Source: Saprospiraceae bacterium
GTDB taxonomy: Bacteria > Bacteroidota > Bacteroidia > Chitinophagales > Saprospiraceae
Direction: 5' to 3'
Assembly: GCA_016722285.1 (NCBI GenBank)
Contig: JADKGI010000009.1
Span: 145,403-209,402, forward strand
Length of the DNA stretch: 64,000 nucleotides
Positions 53,594 to 63,208 of this stretch are shown here, in pieces (within the stretch, counting starts at the first letter, position 1; the number at the start of each line of letters is the position of its first letter). The position numbers and the translations under genes are program-made. The notes under the pieces were generated by a model, which was not told the DNA's origin, did not search any database, and saw nothing but the letters and a program-made list of their open reading frames with translations.

Positions 53594-54481
53594 GTGAGTA
53601 ATATTCAAGACAAAGGACATATGGAGAATGTAGGGGTACGCGAAAGAATTGTTTCATATTACGATGAAACCTGGTTAGACTATCGGGTATTGTGGATAAA
53701 TAAACGCAACAGAGCATTGCATTTTGGCTACTTTGAAGAAGGGATCAATAATCATGACGAAGCGTTGATTAATATGAATATGGTTCTGTCAAAGAAAGCA
53801 AATATATTATCTTCAGACAGGGTTCTTGATGCCGGATGCGGACAAGGTGGAAGCTCAATGTGGATGGCAGAACATATTGGATGCCATGTGGTAGGTATTA
53901 CTTTAGTGCCTCATCAGGTTTTGAAAGCTCAAGAACACAGCAAGAGTCGCAAGTTGGAAGATAGGACCGAATTTTATGTGAAGGACTATTGTAATACCGG
54001 ATTTTCAGATGCCAGCTTTTCAGTAATATGGGCATGTGAAAGTATATGCCATTCACCCAGCAAAGAAGAATTTTATAGAGAAGCATACAGACTCCTTAAG
54101 CCGGGAGGAAGGCTTATAGTAGCTGAGTATATCAGGAATTCAAGAAATTTTGAGCCTGATAAGGAAAAGGTTTTAAATCAATGGTGCAGCGGTTGGTCTA
54201 TGCCGGATCTGGATACTTGGGCAGAACACTAATCAAATCTTATAAATGAAGGATTTACGAACATTGATCATCAGGATGTGACTGTGAACATGAAACCATC
54301 ATTAGAGAAGTTGCACAGGGTTTCAAAAAAACTATTAAAACTAGGAAATATTTTGCATTTTGTGAGGATACGCAATAATGTAAAGCATGGCAACCATATA
54401 GCTTCTATTCGTCAATATGAAGCATTGACGCAAAAATTGTGGTATTATAGTATTTTTAGTGCATCCAAACCGGAATACTAA
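53594..54481 (+). pseudogene. class I SAM-dependent methyltransferase with in-frame TAA
   Basis: ORFs 53594..54232 and 54278..54481 are in the same frame, and the interval between them is open except for TAA at 54230-54232. SAM motif 'VLDAGCGQGGSSMWMAE', 'LLKPGGRLIVAEY'. Confidence 0.7.
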
Positions 54482-57400
54482 TGGATATCGACAGAGATCT
54501 TTTTTTACCTGAAGGATATGATATAAAAGAGCCAATTTATAAGAATGACAGGCATCAGATAATGAAGGCATTCAGCTCTGAAATAGGAAAAGATGTAACT
54601 TTAAAAATCACTAGACCCATTCTAAAGGACATTAAGCAGATATCAAAGCTTAGCCATGAATTTAATATTTTAAGAGAAGCGGATCATCCGGGCATTATCA
54701 AAGTTATAGAGTTGTTGTCATCAGACAGCTCCATATGTCTGGTTGAAGAATATATAGTTAGTGAATCTTTAAAGTCTAGATTATCAAAAGGTAAGCTTTC
54801 CTTTCATGACTTTTTCAGTGTTTCTATTGCGCTTTGTGATGCACTTTCTTATATACATCTCAATAGTATAATACATAAAGATATCAATACCAACAATATC
54901 CTGATAACTGATGAAAACAAAATAAAACTTATTGATTTCGGCATAGCTGTAAATTATCAGAATGAGACGCATGAGTTGAGCTCAATCGATATGATAGAAG
55001 GCATATTGGTTTATATTTCTCCCGAACAAACGGGCCGCACAAGTTATTCAGTTTCCAACTGCAGCGATTTGTATTCATTTGGTATAGTCATGTATGAAAT
55101 GCTGTCCGGCAAGCCGCCATTTATCTCTTCGGACCCTCTTGAAGTGATCCATTATCACTTGTCCCGGACTCCGACCCCACTAAGCAGTATAGATAATGAA
55201 ATACCACTGAACATAAGCAATATGGTCAACGCCCTGCTGGCGAAAAATCCGGACGACAGATACCAGAGTGCTTCGGGTTTATTAAATGATCTGATTTTAT
55301 TGAAGGATATTTACATTGCCGGAAAATCAGGCGATAATTTTATTCTAAAGCAAAAGGATTTTTACGGAAAGTTTAAAAAAACCCAACGTCTTTATGGCAG
55401 AGATGAAGAAACAGATAGGTTGTTATCATGTCTGGATGCCCTTCCCACCCGAAAATCCATGCTGGCACTGGTTTCCGGCTATTCCGGTATTGGAAAATCT
55501 GTAGTAGTCAAACAATTGCAAAAACCTGTGATAGAAAGAAATGGAAAATTTCTGTCCGGTAAGTTTGATCAGTACAAGAGGAATACGCCTTATTTTGCCT
55601 TTATTGAGGTGTTTGATGAAGCCATACGGAATATATTGGCATCAAGTGAAGAAAACATTAAATTCTGGAGAGAAAAAATCTCATTGCTGCTTGGATCTAA
55701 CTCATCTCTTATCACCGAAGTCATACCCAATCTTGAGCTTATTATTGGAAAGTATCCGCCTACATTTAAACTTCAGCCGGCAGAACAGGAATTCCGTTTT
55801 AGAATGGCATTTTTGGATTTTGTGTTTTGTTTTGCAGAACCTGACAGACCTTTAGTGATATTTTTGGATGACTTACAGTGGTCTGATGTACCTTCGCTAA
55901 ATCTGATCGAGATGATATTAAGTGTTCAGGGTAATGCACAGATTTTAATAATAGGAGCTTATAGAAACAATGAGATCAATGAATTGCATCCTTTGACTTT
56001 TACTATCGACAAAATCAAAAAAGAGGGTATAAATCTTGAGGAATTGCGCTTTCAGCCTTTGGACAACTCCACTACAATACAAATAGTGGCTGATTCATTC
56101 GGCATACCATTAAAGGCAGCAAAAGAGCTTGGTAATCACGTTTACTTTAAGACAAAAGGGAATCCTTTTTTTATCAATCGCTTCTTATTGTCATTGTACG
56201 AGAATAAATATATAGTTGCAGATCAGGATGGAAACTGGATTTGGGATCAAAAAAATCTGGACAGTCTAGGATATACAGATAATGTCATTGACCTGATGAC
56301 CAGAGAGTTGGCTCTTCTCCCTGCTGAAACTCAGGAAATGATAAAATCTGCAGCTGTGCTAGGAAGTTTATTTAATTTGGGAACATTATCTACAATTGTC
56401 AAAAGCACACAAAGAGAAGTTTTTCAGAAAATTATACCGGCTATCAAAGGCGGTTATCTTCTGACTGCGGATAATAATTACCGGACTTTATCTTTACCTC
56501 AAAGAGATATAGACGATGCTTGGATGGAGGAGACCGATAAAATCAATTATAACTTCAGATTTTTGCATGACAGGGTGCAGCAGGCAGCTTATGCACTTAT
56601 ACCCAAAGACCAGCTTGCTGATGTTCATCTGAATGCAGGAAGGATACTTTTTGACAGTACGTCTGAAGATAAGCTGACCGAGACCATCTTTGATATTGTC
56701 AGCCATTTTAGCGAATATACAGACCTGATCACTGATCCTGAAGAAAGGAAATTGATATCCCGCTTATTTCTGATTGCCGGTAAAAAGGCGAAAGATTCCA
56801 CGTCATACGATGTGGCTGTCAAATATCTATCCAATGCTTATGCCCTCTTAAATTCCAATAGTTGGGAATCCAATTATAAGCACACCTTTTCAGTTTATTC
56901 TGAATTAGGTGAGTGTGAATATCTCAATGGCAACAATGATAAGGCTGAGTATCTGTTTGAACAAATATTGAAATATGCACGTACTAATTTTGAAAAATTG
57001 CGTACTTATTATACCCATTCATCCCTGTGTCATAAAGTTGGAAATGCCAGTAAGGCGATGGAACTCGGTAAAAGTGCTATGAAATTATATAATATCAAAT
57101 TTCCTGAAAAGCCCATTGCAATAAAATTGACAGCTGGCTGGGAAATTATGAAAAACCTGTTTTTATTTTCTACCGTTTACAGAGACATAGACAGACTTAA
57201 TAATCTTAAAGAATGTAAAGATCCGGAGATCATCGCCATTAATCAATATCTGATAGACATTGCAACGAGTGCTTATCATTTGAATCAGGAATTAATGGTA
57301 ATTGTAGTACTAAGGATTATAAAATTTTATTTAAAACACGGATTTACTGATGCTTCAGGATGGGGTCTTTCAGGTTTTTCTGTCATTGTCTATTCTGCCC

Positions 57401-59724
57401 TCGGATTGTCCAACAGAGGACTAAAACTCTGGGACCTTACCATCAGATTACATCAAAAGACTCATACCCCGCTTATAAAATCAAAATTGGGATACACTGT
57501 AAATGCTTTTCATTCGCATTGGAAAAAACATATAAATGAAAATTTTGACGACAATCTTCAAAATATACAGGAATGCCTTGCCAATGGAGATCAGAGCTTC
57601 ATCGCGTATGGGATATGCGACTATCTTTGGAATAAATCAGCTTGTGGTATTCCATTGAGAGAAGTCGAAGAAGTGACCAAAGAGCACATTGACTATCTAA
57701 AAAGATCAAAAAATGAAATTGGGTATTATTTTACAGCGCCAAAAGTGCAGGTAAATAAATGCCTGGTAGGCAATACTCCGAAATCCGGTGACTGGAATGA
57801 TGATGGATTTTATGAACCTGACTTTAAGAAAATGGTCAGAGAAACAGGAAACCTGACAGCCTTAGCCAGATTTTATAGCGCAAAATTATCCCTTTTTTAT
57901 TATTTTGGCAATTATAAGGAAGGTCTGGTATGGGCTGAAGAAGGTGAGAATTTTACTGAAAATTTACTTGGATTCCATACTGTTACCGATTGGTATTTTC
58001 ATTATGGCCTGATTATAATTTCTTCATTTGATACTCTCAGAAAAGGTGAAAAAAGTAAATATAAAAAGATATATGGTAAGATATTAAAATGGTTCAGGCA
58101 TTGGAACAAAGGATGTACAGTTAATTTCGAACAACAATACAATATGCTGTTGGCTGGTAAAAAGTACATTGAAGGAGAATTTACCGAAGCATTAAAACTT
58201 TATGAGCTGGCTATTCAATTGTCATCAAAGAACGGTTTTATCCAATACGAAGCTATTGCTAATTATCAGGCATCAGTTCTGGTTGGTAGTCAGGGACTTG
58301 AGAGACAGAGTATTCATTATCTTAAAGACGCCTGGACACTTTATCAAAAATGGGATGCTTTCGGCATTTGTGACTACCTGAAATCTTCCTATCCGCATGT
58401 GGCTTTTGAAAAGCGAATTTCTATTCAGGAACTAAATCAGGGAGATTCTTCATCCATTCATTCCAATTCTACTGCCACAGCGTTGGATTTCAGCACTATC
58501 GTTAAGGCATCACAAAGCCTGGCTGGTATCATCCGGTTAGAAGACTTGCTTGAGAGACTTATTTACATCATAATCGAAAATGCGGGAGCCCAAAAAGGAG
58601 TTTTGATCCTAGAGAAAAACAATGAGTTATATATAACTGCTGAGGGATACTCAGGACCAGATAAAGCGAAAGTATTGGACAATGTTCCGGTTGCCAATAG
58701 CGATATTGTACCCGAATCTCTGGTGAATTATTGTTGGCGTACCCAGGAGAAAGTGTCACTTTCTAATGCATACAAGGATGACAAATATGGCGACAATCCA
58801 TATATTCAAAAAAATAAAGTCATATCGATTATTTGTTTTCCATTTTCAAACAAAGGGAAGAGGATGGGATTACTATATCTTGAGAATAACCTGATAGAAG
58901 GAGTATTTAACTCAGGGCGGGTTGAAATATTAAATCTACTGTCAGGTCAGATAGGGATATCCATTGAAAATGCATTGCTGTATGAGAATCTGGAGGAAAA
59001 GGTAGATGAGAGAACAAAACAATTGGCCACTCAGAAGGAATTTGCTGAAGCACAACGATATGAAGCGGTGCAGCAACGTAAACTGGCCGACGAAGAAAGA
59101 AAAAAATCTGACGATCTTTTGCTTAACATTTTACCATTGGAAATCGCTGAGGAGTTAAAATCCAAAGGCTCATCTGATGCCAGATTATTTGAAAATGTGA
59201 CTGTACTGTTTACTGATTTTGTAAATTTTACTCGGGTGAGTGAAAAGCTTACCCCTCACGAATTGGTTAAGGAATTAAATCATTGTTTTGAGGCTTTTGA
59301 TCATATCATGGACAGGCACGGGCTCGAAAAAATCAAAACCATCGGAGATGCCTATCTCGCAGTAAGTGGCTTGCCTAAAAAAAGGGATGATCATGCACTT
59401 TTGGCTACTATGGTAGCTTTTGATATACTTAAATGGGTAAATGATCATCAGAATAACTGTCCTTTTGATATTAGAATAGGTTTGAATTCAGGACCTGTGG
59501 TGGCAGGTATAGTAGGTTTCAAAAAATATGTTTATGATATCTGGGGAGATACAGTCAATACAGCAGCACGAATGGAAACTGCATCAGAAGCAGGTAAAAT
59601 AAATGTATCAGAAGTTACTTACCAACTTATCAAAAATAGTTTTTCGTGCACTTCAAGAGGTAAAATTGAGGCAAAAAATAAAGGAAGTATAAATATGTAT
59701 TTTGTAGATTGCCCCTTTATTTGA
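54481..59724 (+). CDS. multidomain signalling protein: Ser/Thr-kinase-like domain, AAA_16/STAND ATPase, TPR-like region, GAF, coiled coil, class III adenylate cyclase
   Basis: 1747 aa, uninterrupted. 'HKDINTNNILI' (54874..), 'DFGIA' (54944..), 'YISPEQ'; Walker A 'GYSGIGKS' (~55477-55500), Walker B 'VIFLDDLQWSD'; GAF about residues 1335-1490; cyclase 'VTVLFTDFVNFT...EKIKTIGDAYLAVSGLP...YVYDIWGDTVNTAARME'. Confidence 0.85.
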   Translation: MDIDRDLFLPEGYDIKEPIYKNDRHQIMKAFSSEIGKDVTLKITRPILKDIKQISKLSHEFNILREADHPGIIKVIELLSSDSSICLVEEYIVSESLKSRLSKGKLSFHDFFSVSIALCDALSYIHLNSIIHKDINTNNILITDENKIKLIDFGIAVNYQNETHELSSIDMIEGILVYISPEQTGRTSYSVSNCSDLYSFGIVMYEMLSGKPPFISSDPLEVIHYHLSRTPTPLSSIDNEIPLNISNMVNALLAKNPDDRYQSASGLLNDLILLKDIYIAGKSGDNFILKQKDFYGKFKKTQRLYGRDEETDRLLSCLDALPTRKSMLALVSGYSGIGKSVVVKQLQKPVIERNGKFLSGKFDQYKRNTPYFAFIEVFDEAIRNILASSEENIKFWREKISLLLGSNSSLITEVIPNLELIIGKYPPTFKLQPAEQEFRFRMAFLDFVFCFAEPDRPLVIFLDDLQWSDVPSLNLIEMILSVQGNAQILIIGAYRNNEINELHPLTFTIDKIKKEGINLEELRFQPLDNSTTIQIVADSFGIPLKAAKELGNHVYFKTKGNPFFINRFLLSLYENKYIVADQDGNWIWDQKNLDSLGYTDNVIDLMTRELALLPAETQEMIKSAAVLGSLFNLGTLSTIVKSTQREVFQKIIPAIKGGYLLTADNNYRTLSLPQRDIDDAWMEETDKINYNFRFLHDRVQQAAYALIPKDQLADVHLNAGRILFDSTSEDKLTETIFDIVSHFSEYTDLITDPEERKLISRLFLIAGKKAKDSTSYDVAVKYLSNAYALLNSNSWESNYKHTFSVYSELGECEYLNGNNDKAEYLFEQILKYARTNFEKLRTYYTHSSLCHKVGNASKAMELGKSAMKLYNIKFPEKPIAIKLTAGWEIMKNLFLFSTVYRDIDRLNNLKECKDPEIIAINQYLIDIATSAYHLNQELMVIVVLRIIKFYLKHGFTDASGWGLSGFSVIVYSALGLSNRGLKLWDLTIRLHQKTHTPLIKSKLGYTVNAFHSHWKKHINENFDDNLQNIQECLANGDQSFIAYGICDYLWNKSACGIPLREVEEVTKEHIDYLKRSKNEIGYYFTAPKVQVNKCLVGNTPKSGDWNDDGFYEPDFKKMVRETGNLTALARFYSAKLSLFYYFGNYKEGLVWAEEGENFTENLLGFHTVTDWYFHYGLIIISSFDTLRKGEKSKYKKIYGKILKWFRHWNKGCTVNFEQQYNMLLAGKKYIEGEFTEALKLYELAIQLSSKNGFIQYEAIANYQASVLVGSQGLERQSIHYLKDAWTLYQKWDAFGICDYLKSSYPHVAFEKRISIQELNQGDSSSIHSNSTATALDFSTIVKASQSLAGIIRLEDLLERLIYIIIENAGAQKGVLILEKNNELYITAEGYSGPDKAKVLDNVPVANSDIVPESLVNYCWRTQEKVSLSNAYKDDKYGDNPYIQKNKVISIICFPFSNKGKRMGLLYLENNLIEGVFNSGRVEILNLLSGQIGISIENALLYENLEEKVDERTKQLATQKEFAEAQRYEAVQQRKLADEERKKSDDLLLNILPLEIAEELKSKGSSDARLFENVTVLFTDFVNFTRVSEKLTPHELVKELNHCFEAFDHIMDRHGLEKIKTIGDAYLAVSGLPKKRDDHALLATMVAFDILKWVNDHQNNCPFDIRIGLNSGPVVAGIVGFKKYVYDIWGDTVNTAARMETASEAGKINVSEVTYQLIKNSFSCTSRGKIEAKNKGSINMYFVDCPFI

Positions 59725-60093
59725 TTATATTTACTTATTTTGTAATTGTTTAGGTATGGTCAATTTCAAGCTAAAAATGCCAGTTTTTCGTGGTATTTCA
59801 GTTTTTTTTCGTCAATAGTGCCACTATTCGCTTAAAAAGTAGCTTAGTCTGACAAAAAATTACTATATTTTTATGGTTTTAAATCATTTACCTGAATAAT
59901 TACTATAGTTTAGCATTATATTTGTATGTAATGTATTAACATCTATATAGTTTGAAGCTATAAGTGAAAATATGGATAAATTGGTTGAAATGATTTGGAT
60001 TTTAGCTACCGGTAACTTATAAGATAGTTTTGTTAAATTAATGGAATTACTTTTAAGACATATAATTTTTTAAAATTACCTTTAATTTGCAGT

Positions 60094-60708
60094 ATGAAAA
60101 TTACCAAATTGAAAAAATTTGTATTATCAAAAATTGAGGCTGAAATTCCTGCAACATTATCTTATCATGGGGTGCACCATACAATCGATGTATTAAATGC
60201 CTGCAATGCGCATATCAGAAGGTTGAAAATACCTTCAAAAGATGCATATCTGCTCCGGACAGCGGCTCTTATGCACGATATAGGTGTTATGTGGGATTAT
60301 TTCAACCACGAGGAGCTGGCAATGAAATTTGTCAAGGATACTTTACCTGGGTGGGGGTATTCAAAAGACGATATAGATAAAGTTTGTGGAATGATAAGGG
60401 CCACCAGGCTGCCTCAAAGTCCAACTAACCTTCTTGAAGAAATAATTTGTGATTCTGATGTAGATTATCTGGGTACACATCTTTTTTATCAGATCGGGGC
60501 AACTCTTTTTGAAGAATTTCTTGTCTATAAAGTGGTAAAAGATGAAGAAAGTTGGGATCGTGTGCAGATCAAATTTCTTAACAACCACAAGTACTTCACA
60601 TCATATGGACAAAGGTTCAGAGAACCAGTAAAAAGGAAGTATCTTTTAGAAATTATTAGGAAATGGGGCTGGGAGAAAGAGTATCAACACATTTTGGCAG
60701 CTAATTGA
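60094..60708 (+). CDS. HD-domain metal-dependent phosphohydrolase
   Basis: 204 aa; 'YHGVHHTIDV', 'AALMHDIGV', 'CDSDVDYLG' = H..HD..D pattern. Confidence 0.65.
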   Translation: MKITKLKKFVLSKIEAEIPATLSYHGVHHTIDVLNACNAHIRRLKIPSKDAYLLRTAALMHDIGVMWDYFNHEELAMKFVKDTLPGWGYSKDDIDKVCGMIRATRLPQSPTNLLEEIICDSDVDYLGTHLFYQIGATLFEEFLVYKVVKDEESWDRVQIKFLNNHKYFTSYGQRFREPVKRKYLLEIIRKWGWEKEYQHILAAN

Positions 60709-60728
60709 TTTGAAAATTTTTTATAAAT

Positions 60729-61609
60729 ATGGCAGGGAGTAAAAGGATCGAGTGGGAAAAAATATTTTCACTTTCATCAATAATATATACAATTTCCGGA
60801 ATATTAATTTCCGTAGTTGCCCTGCAGGGATTTTTGATACCCAACCGATTTATGGATGGTGGTGTGACCAGTATGGCCATCATTATGCATGAGCTTTTCG
60901 GCTGGTCGTTCAGTTCATTTTATATTTTGATAAATCTGATATTTGTTTATTTCGGATATACTAAAATAGGGAAAACTTTTGCAATACGCAGTTTGCTAGC
61001 CATAATTCTGTTGGGTGTACTGACAAGTGTATTGAATATCCCTACCGTAACAGAAGATAAACTGCTGATAGCCTTTTTTGGCGGTTTTTGATAGGATTGG
61101 GGGTAGGACTTGTGATACGTGGTGGAGCGGTGATAGATGGACTTGAAGTGATCGCTGATTATACCAATAAGAAATCAGGTATATCATCAAGTGAGATGGT
61201 TATTTTTATCAACATAGTGATCATGCTGGCTGCAGCTTATTATTTTGGTTTAGAAACAGCAATGTACTCTATACTAACCTTTTTCACAGGGCAAAAGACT
61301 TCAGATTATGTACTTGACGGCTTTGCAGAATATACTGCGCTTACAGTGATATCGCGTGACCCTGATCAGGTTAAGTCCATTATTGTAAATGATTTTAATA
61401 AAGCTATTTCAGTGTACAAAGGCGAGCGTGGGTATCTGCCGGGATCATTCGATATAAAAGAAGACTGCGATATAGTGATGACTATAGTCACGAGACTGGA
61501 ATTGCATAATATTAAGCAGGCAATAGCAGTGGCTGACCCTTTGGCCTTTTTTTATGTGCAAAGTATAAAGGAAGTAACCGGTGGTGTGATCAAGAAAATA
61601 AAGCACTAA
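60729..61609 (+). pseudogene. YitT family membrane protein (DUF2179 C-terminal domain), frame interrupted
   Basis: ORFs 60729..61091 and 61088..61609. Adding one T to the T5 run at 61085-61089 gives 'LLIAFFGGFLIGLGVGLVIRGG'. C-terminal 'LTVISRDPDQVKSIIVNDFNKAISVYKGERGY...IVMTIVTRLELHNIKQAI'. Confidence 0.75.
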
Positions 61610-61614
61610 ATGCT

Positions 61615-62655
61615 TTACTCCAATACTTCATAAATCGTCACAGCTTTATGTTTATTTTTCAGAATTGCGTCACCGACTTTCTTGCAGTGAAATGCTTCTT
61701 TCACTTTTTGATAGGATGCTTCACTGATAATAATCTGATCCGGATTTGCAGCAGATTGGAGTCGTTGGGCTGTATTGACTGTATCACCTATTACGGTGTA
61801 GTCCAGCCTCTTCAGATTAGAAGATCCTATATTTCCAGATATCATTTCTCCACTGTTTATGCCTATTGATACTTTTGGCTTGAATGTCACGTGTTCAGAA
61901 ATCTCGGGTAGAGCATTGATGTTTTTTCTGACGGCAAGGCAGGCTTCTATGGCTTTGTCCAGATGATAATCGCTTCTAAATACGGCCATGATAGCATCTC
62001 CGATAAATTTATCAATATTACCACCATGCGAAATAATCTGAGTGACCATTATATCAAAATAATTGTTCAGCAATTTTACTACCAGATCAGGAGATTCGTT
62101 TTCGCTTATGGTCGTAAAACTGCAGATATCTATAAATACGACTGTAGCATCTATAGTTTCATTTGCTAATAGTGAAGATTCAAATTCTTTATTGGTCATG
62201 AAATTCAACACCGTTTCATCCACATACATACGGAGGATGTTGTTTTCCTTAATGGCTTCCATCGTCAATTTCATTTGATCGACGTGTCTGAGGGTCTTTT
62301 TGATGGTTAACTCAAGATCTTCAAAGTTGATGGGCTTAGTGATAAAATCAAATGCCCCTCTATTCATAGCTGTTCTGATATTGTCCATATCACCATAGGC
62401 TGAGACTATGACAGATTTCAAGAGATTGTTCTTTTCATTGAGTTTGGTCAACAGAGTAAGTCCATCCATTTCCGGCATATTGATGTCGCTCAGGACTAAA
62501 TCAATATTGTGATTCAGTGAAAGTTGCTCTAAAGCATCTCTTCCATTGATGGCAAATAAAAATACATACTCCTGATCACGGATTTGTCTTCTGAATTTTT
62601 GCTTGATGAGTACTTCCAAATCGGATTCATCATCCACTACTAATATTTTGGCCAT
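61615..62655 (-). CDS. response regulator with class III adenylate/guanylate cyclase output domain
   Basis: 346 aa; receiver 'ILVVDDE...DLVLSDINMPEMDG...VIVSAYGD'; cyclase 'ATVVFIDICSFTT...IDKFIGDAIMAVF...YTVIGDTVNTAQRL'. Confidence 0.85.
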   Translation of the reverse strand: MAKILVVDDESDLEVLIKQKFRRQIRDQEYVFLFAINGRDALEQLSLNHNIDLVLSDINMPEMDGLTLLTKLNEKNNLLKSVIVSAYGDMDNIRTAMNRGAFDFITKPINFEDLELTIKKTLRHVDQMKLTMEAIKENNILRMYVDETVLNFMTNKEFESSLLANETIDATVVFIDICSFTTISENESPDLVVKLLNNYFDIMVTQIISHGGNIDKFIGDAIMAVFRSDYHLDKAIEACLAVRKNINALPEISEHVTFKPKVSIGINSGEMISGNIGSSNLKRLDYTVIGDTVNTAQRLQSAANPDQIIISEASYQKVKEAFHCKKVGDAILKNKHKAVTIYEVLE

Positions 62656-63032
62656 TAATTCAGTGTATTTAGCTTTTCTTTCAGTAGAGTAAATTCAATG
62701 GGTTTTGTCAGAAAATCATCTGCCCCTAAATCCATAGCATTCTTATAATTTTCTGAATCACCATAAGCTGTGATCATGTAAACTAAAGGAGGGGGAGTGG
62801 CATATTTCTCCTTAATCCTTCGTAACAGTTCGATACCTGTCATACCCGGCATATTGATATCGGATAGAATCAGTACAGCCTCATGATAGTGATCTTTGAG
62901 ATAGTATAGCGCCTCTTCTCCTGAAAATGCAAAAACAAATTCAAAGTCTCCACTTTTAATTTCTTTTCGGAATCTTTGCTCGAATAGAATTTGTACATCC
63001 TTTTCGTCATCGACTACCAGTATTTTCATCAT
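62655..63032 (-). CDS. single-domain (CheY-like) response regulator
   Basis: 125 aa; 'ILVVDDEKD...VLILSDINMPGMTG...MITAYGD...FLTKP'. Its stop overlaps the start of the receiver-cyclase gene (TAATG). Confidence 0.85.
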   Translation of the reverse strand: MMKILVVDDEKDVQILFEQRFRKEIKSGDFEFVFAFSGEEALYYLKDHYHEAVLILSDINMPGMTGIELLRRIKEKYATPPPLVYMITAYGDSENYKNAMDLGADDFLTKPIEFTLLKEKLNTLN

Positions 63033-63208
63033 TCTCAGGGTTTTTATATGTTGTAAAAGTATAAAATATTTTGTATAATAGTGAATATGGCAAAGAGTAA
63101 TTTTTTCTAATTCCGTATTATTAACTCAATAAATTTTGATTGTCAGAAATTAATAAGTGTGTATTAAATAACATATGTAATTTATGCACCAGTGATATCA
63201 TTTTATAC

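Noticed and set aside
10395-54232. Stop-codon reassignment or programmed readthrough of TAA, given three in-frame TAA codons in conserved domains
   Set aside because: TAA is the normal terminator of many intact genes here (for example 3017-3019, 5133-5135, 34397-34399). The three sites share no visible context. Nonsense mutation or base error is the simpler explanation.
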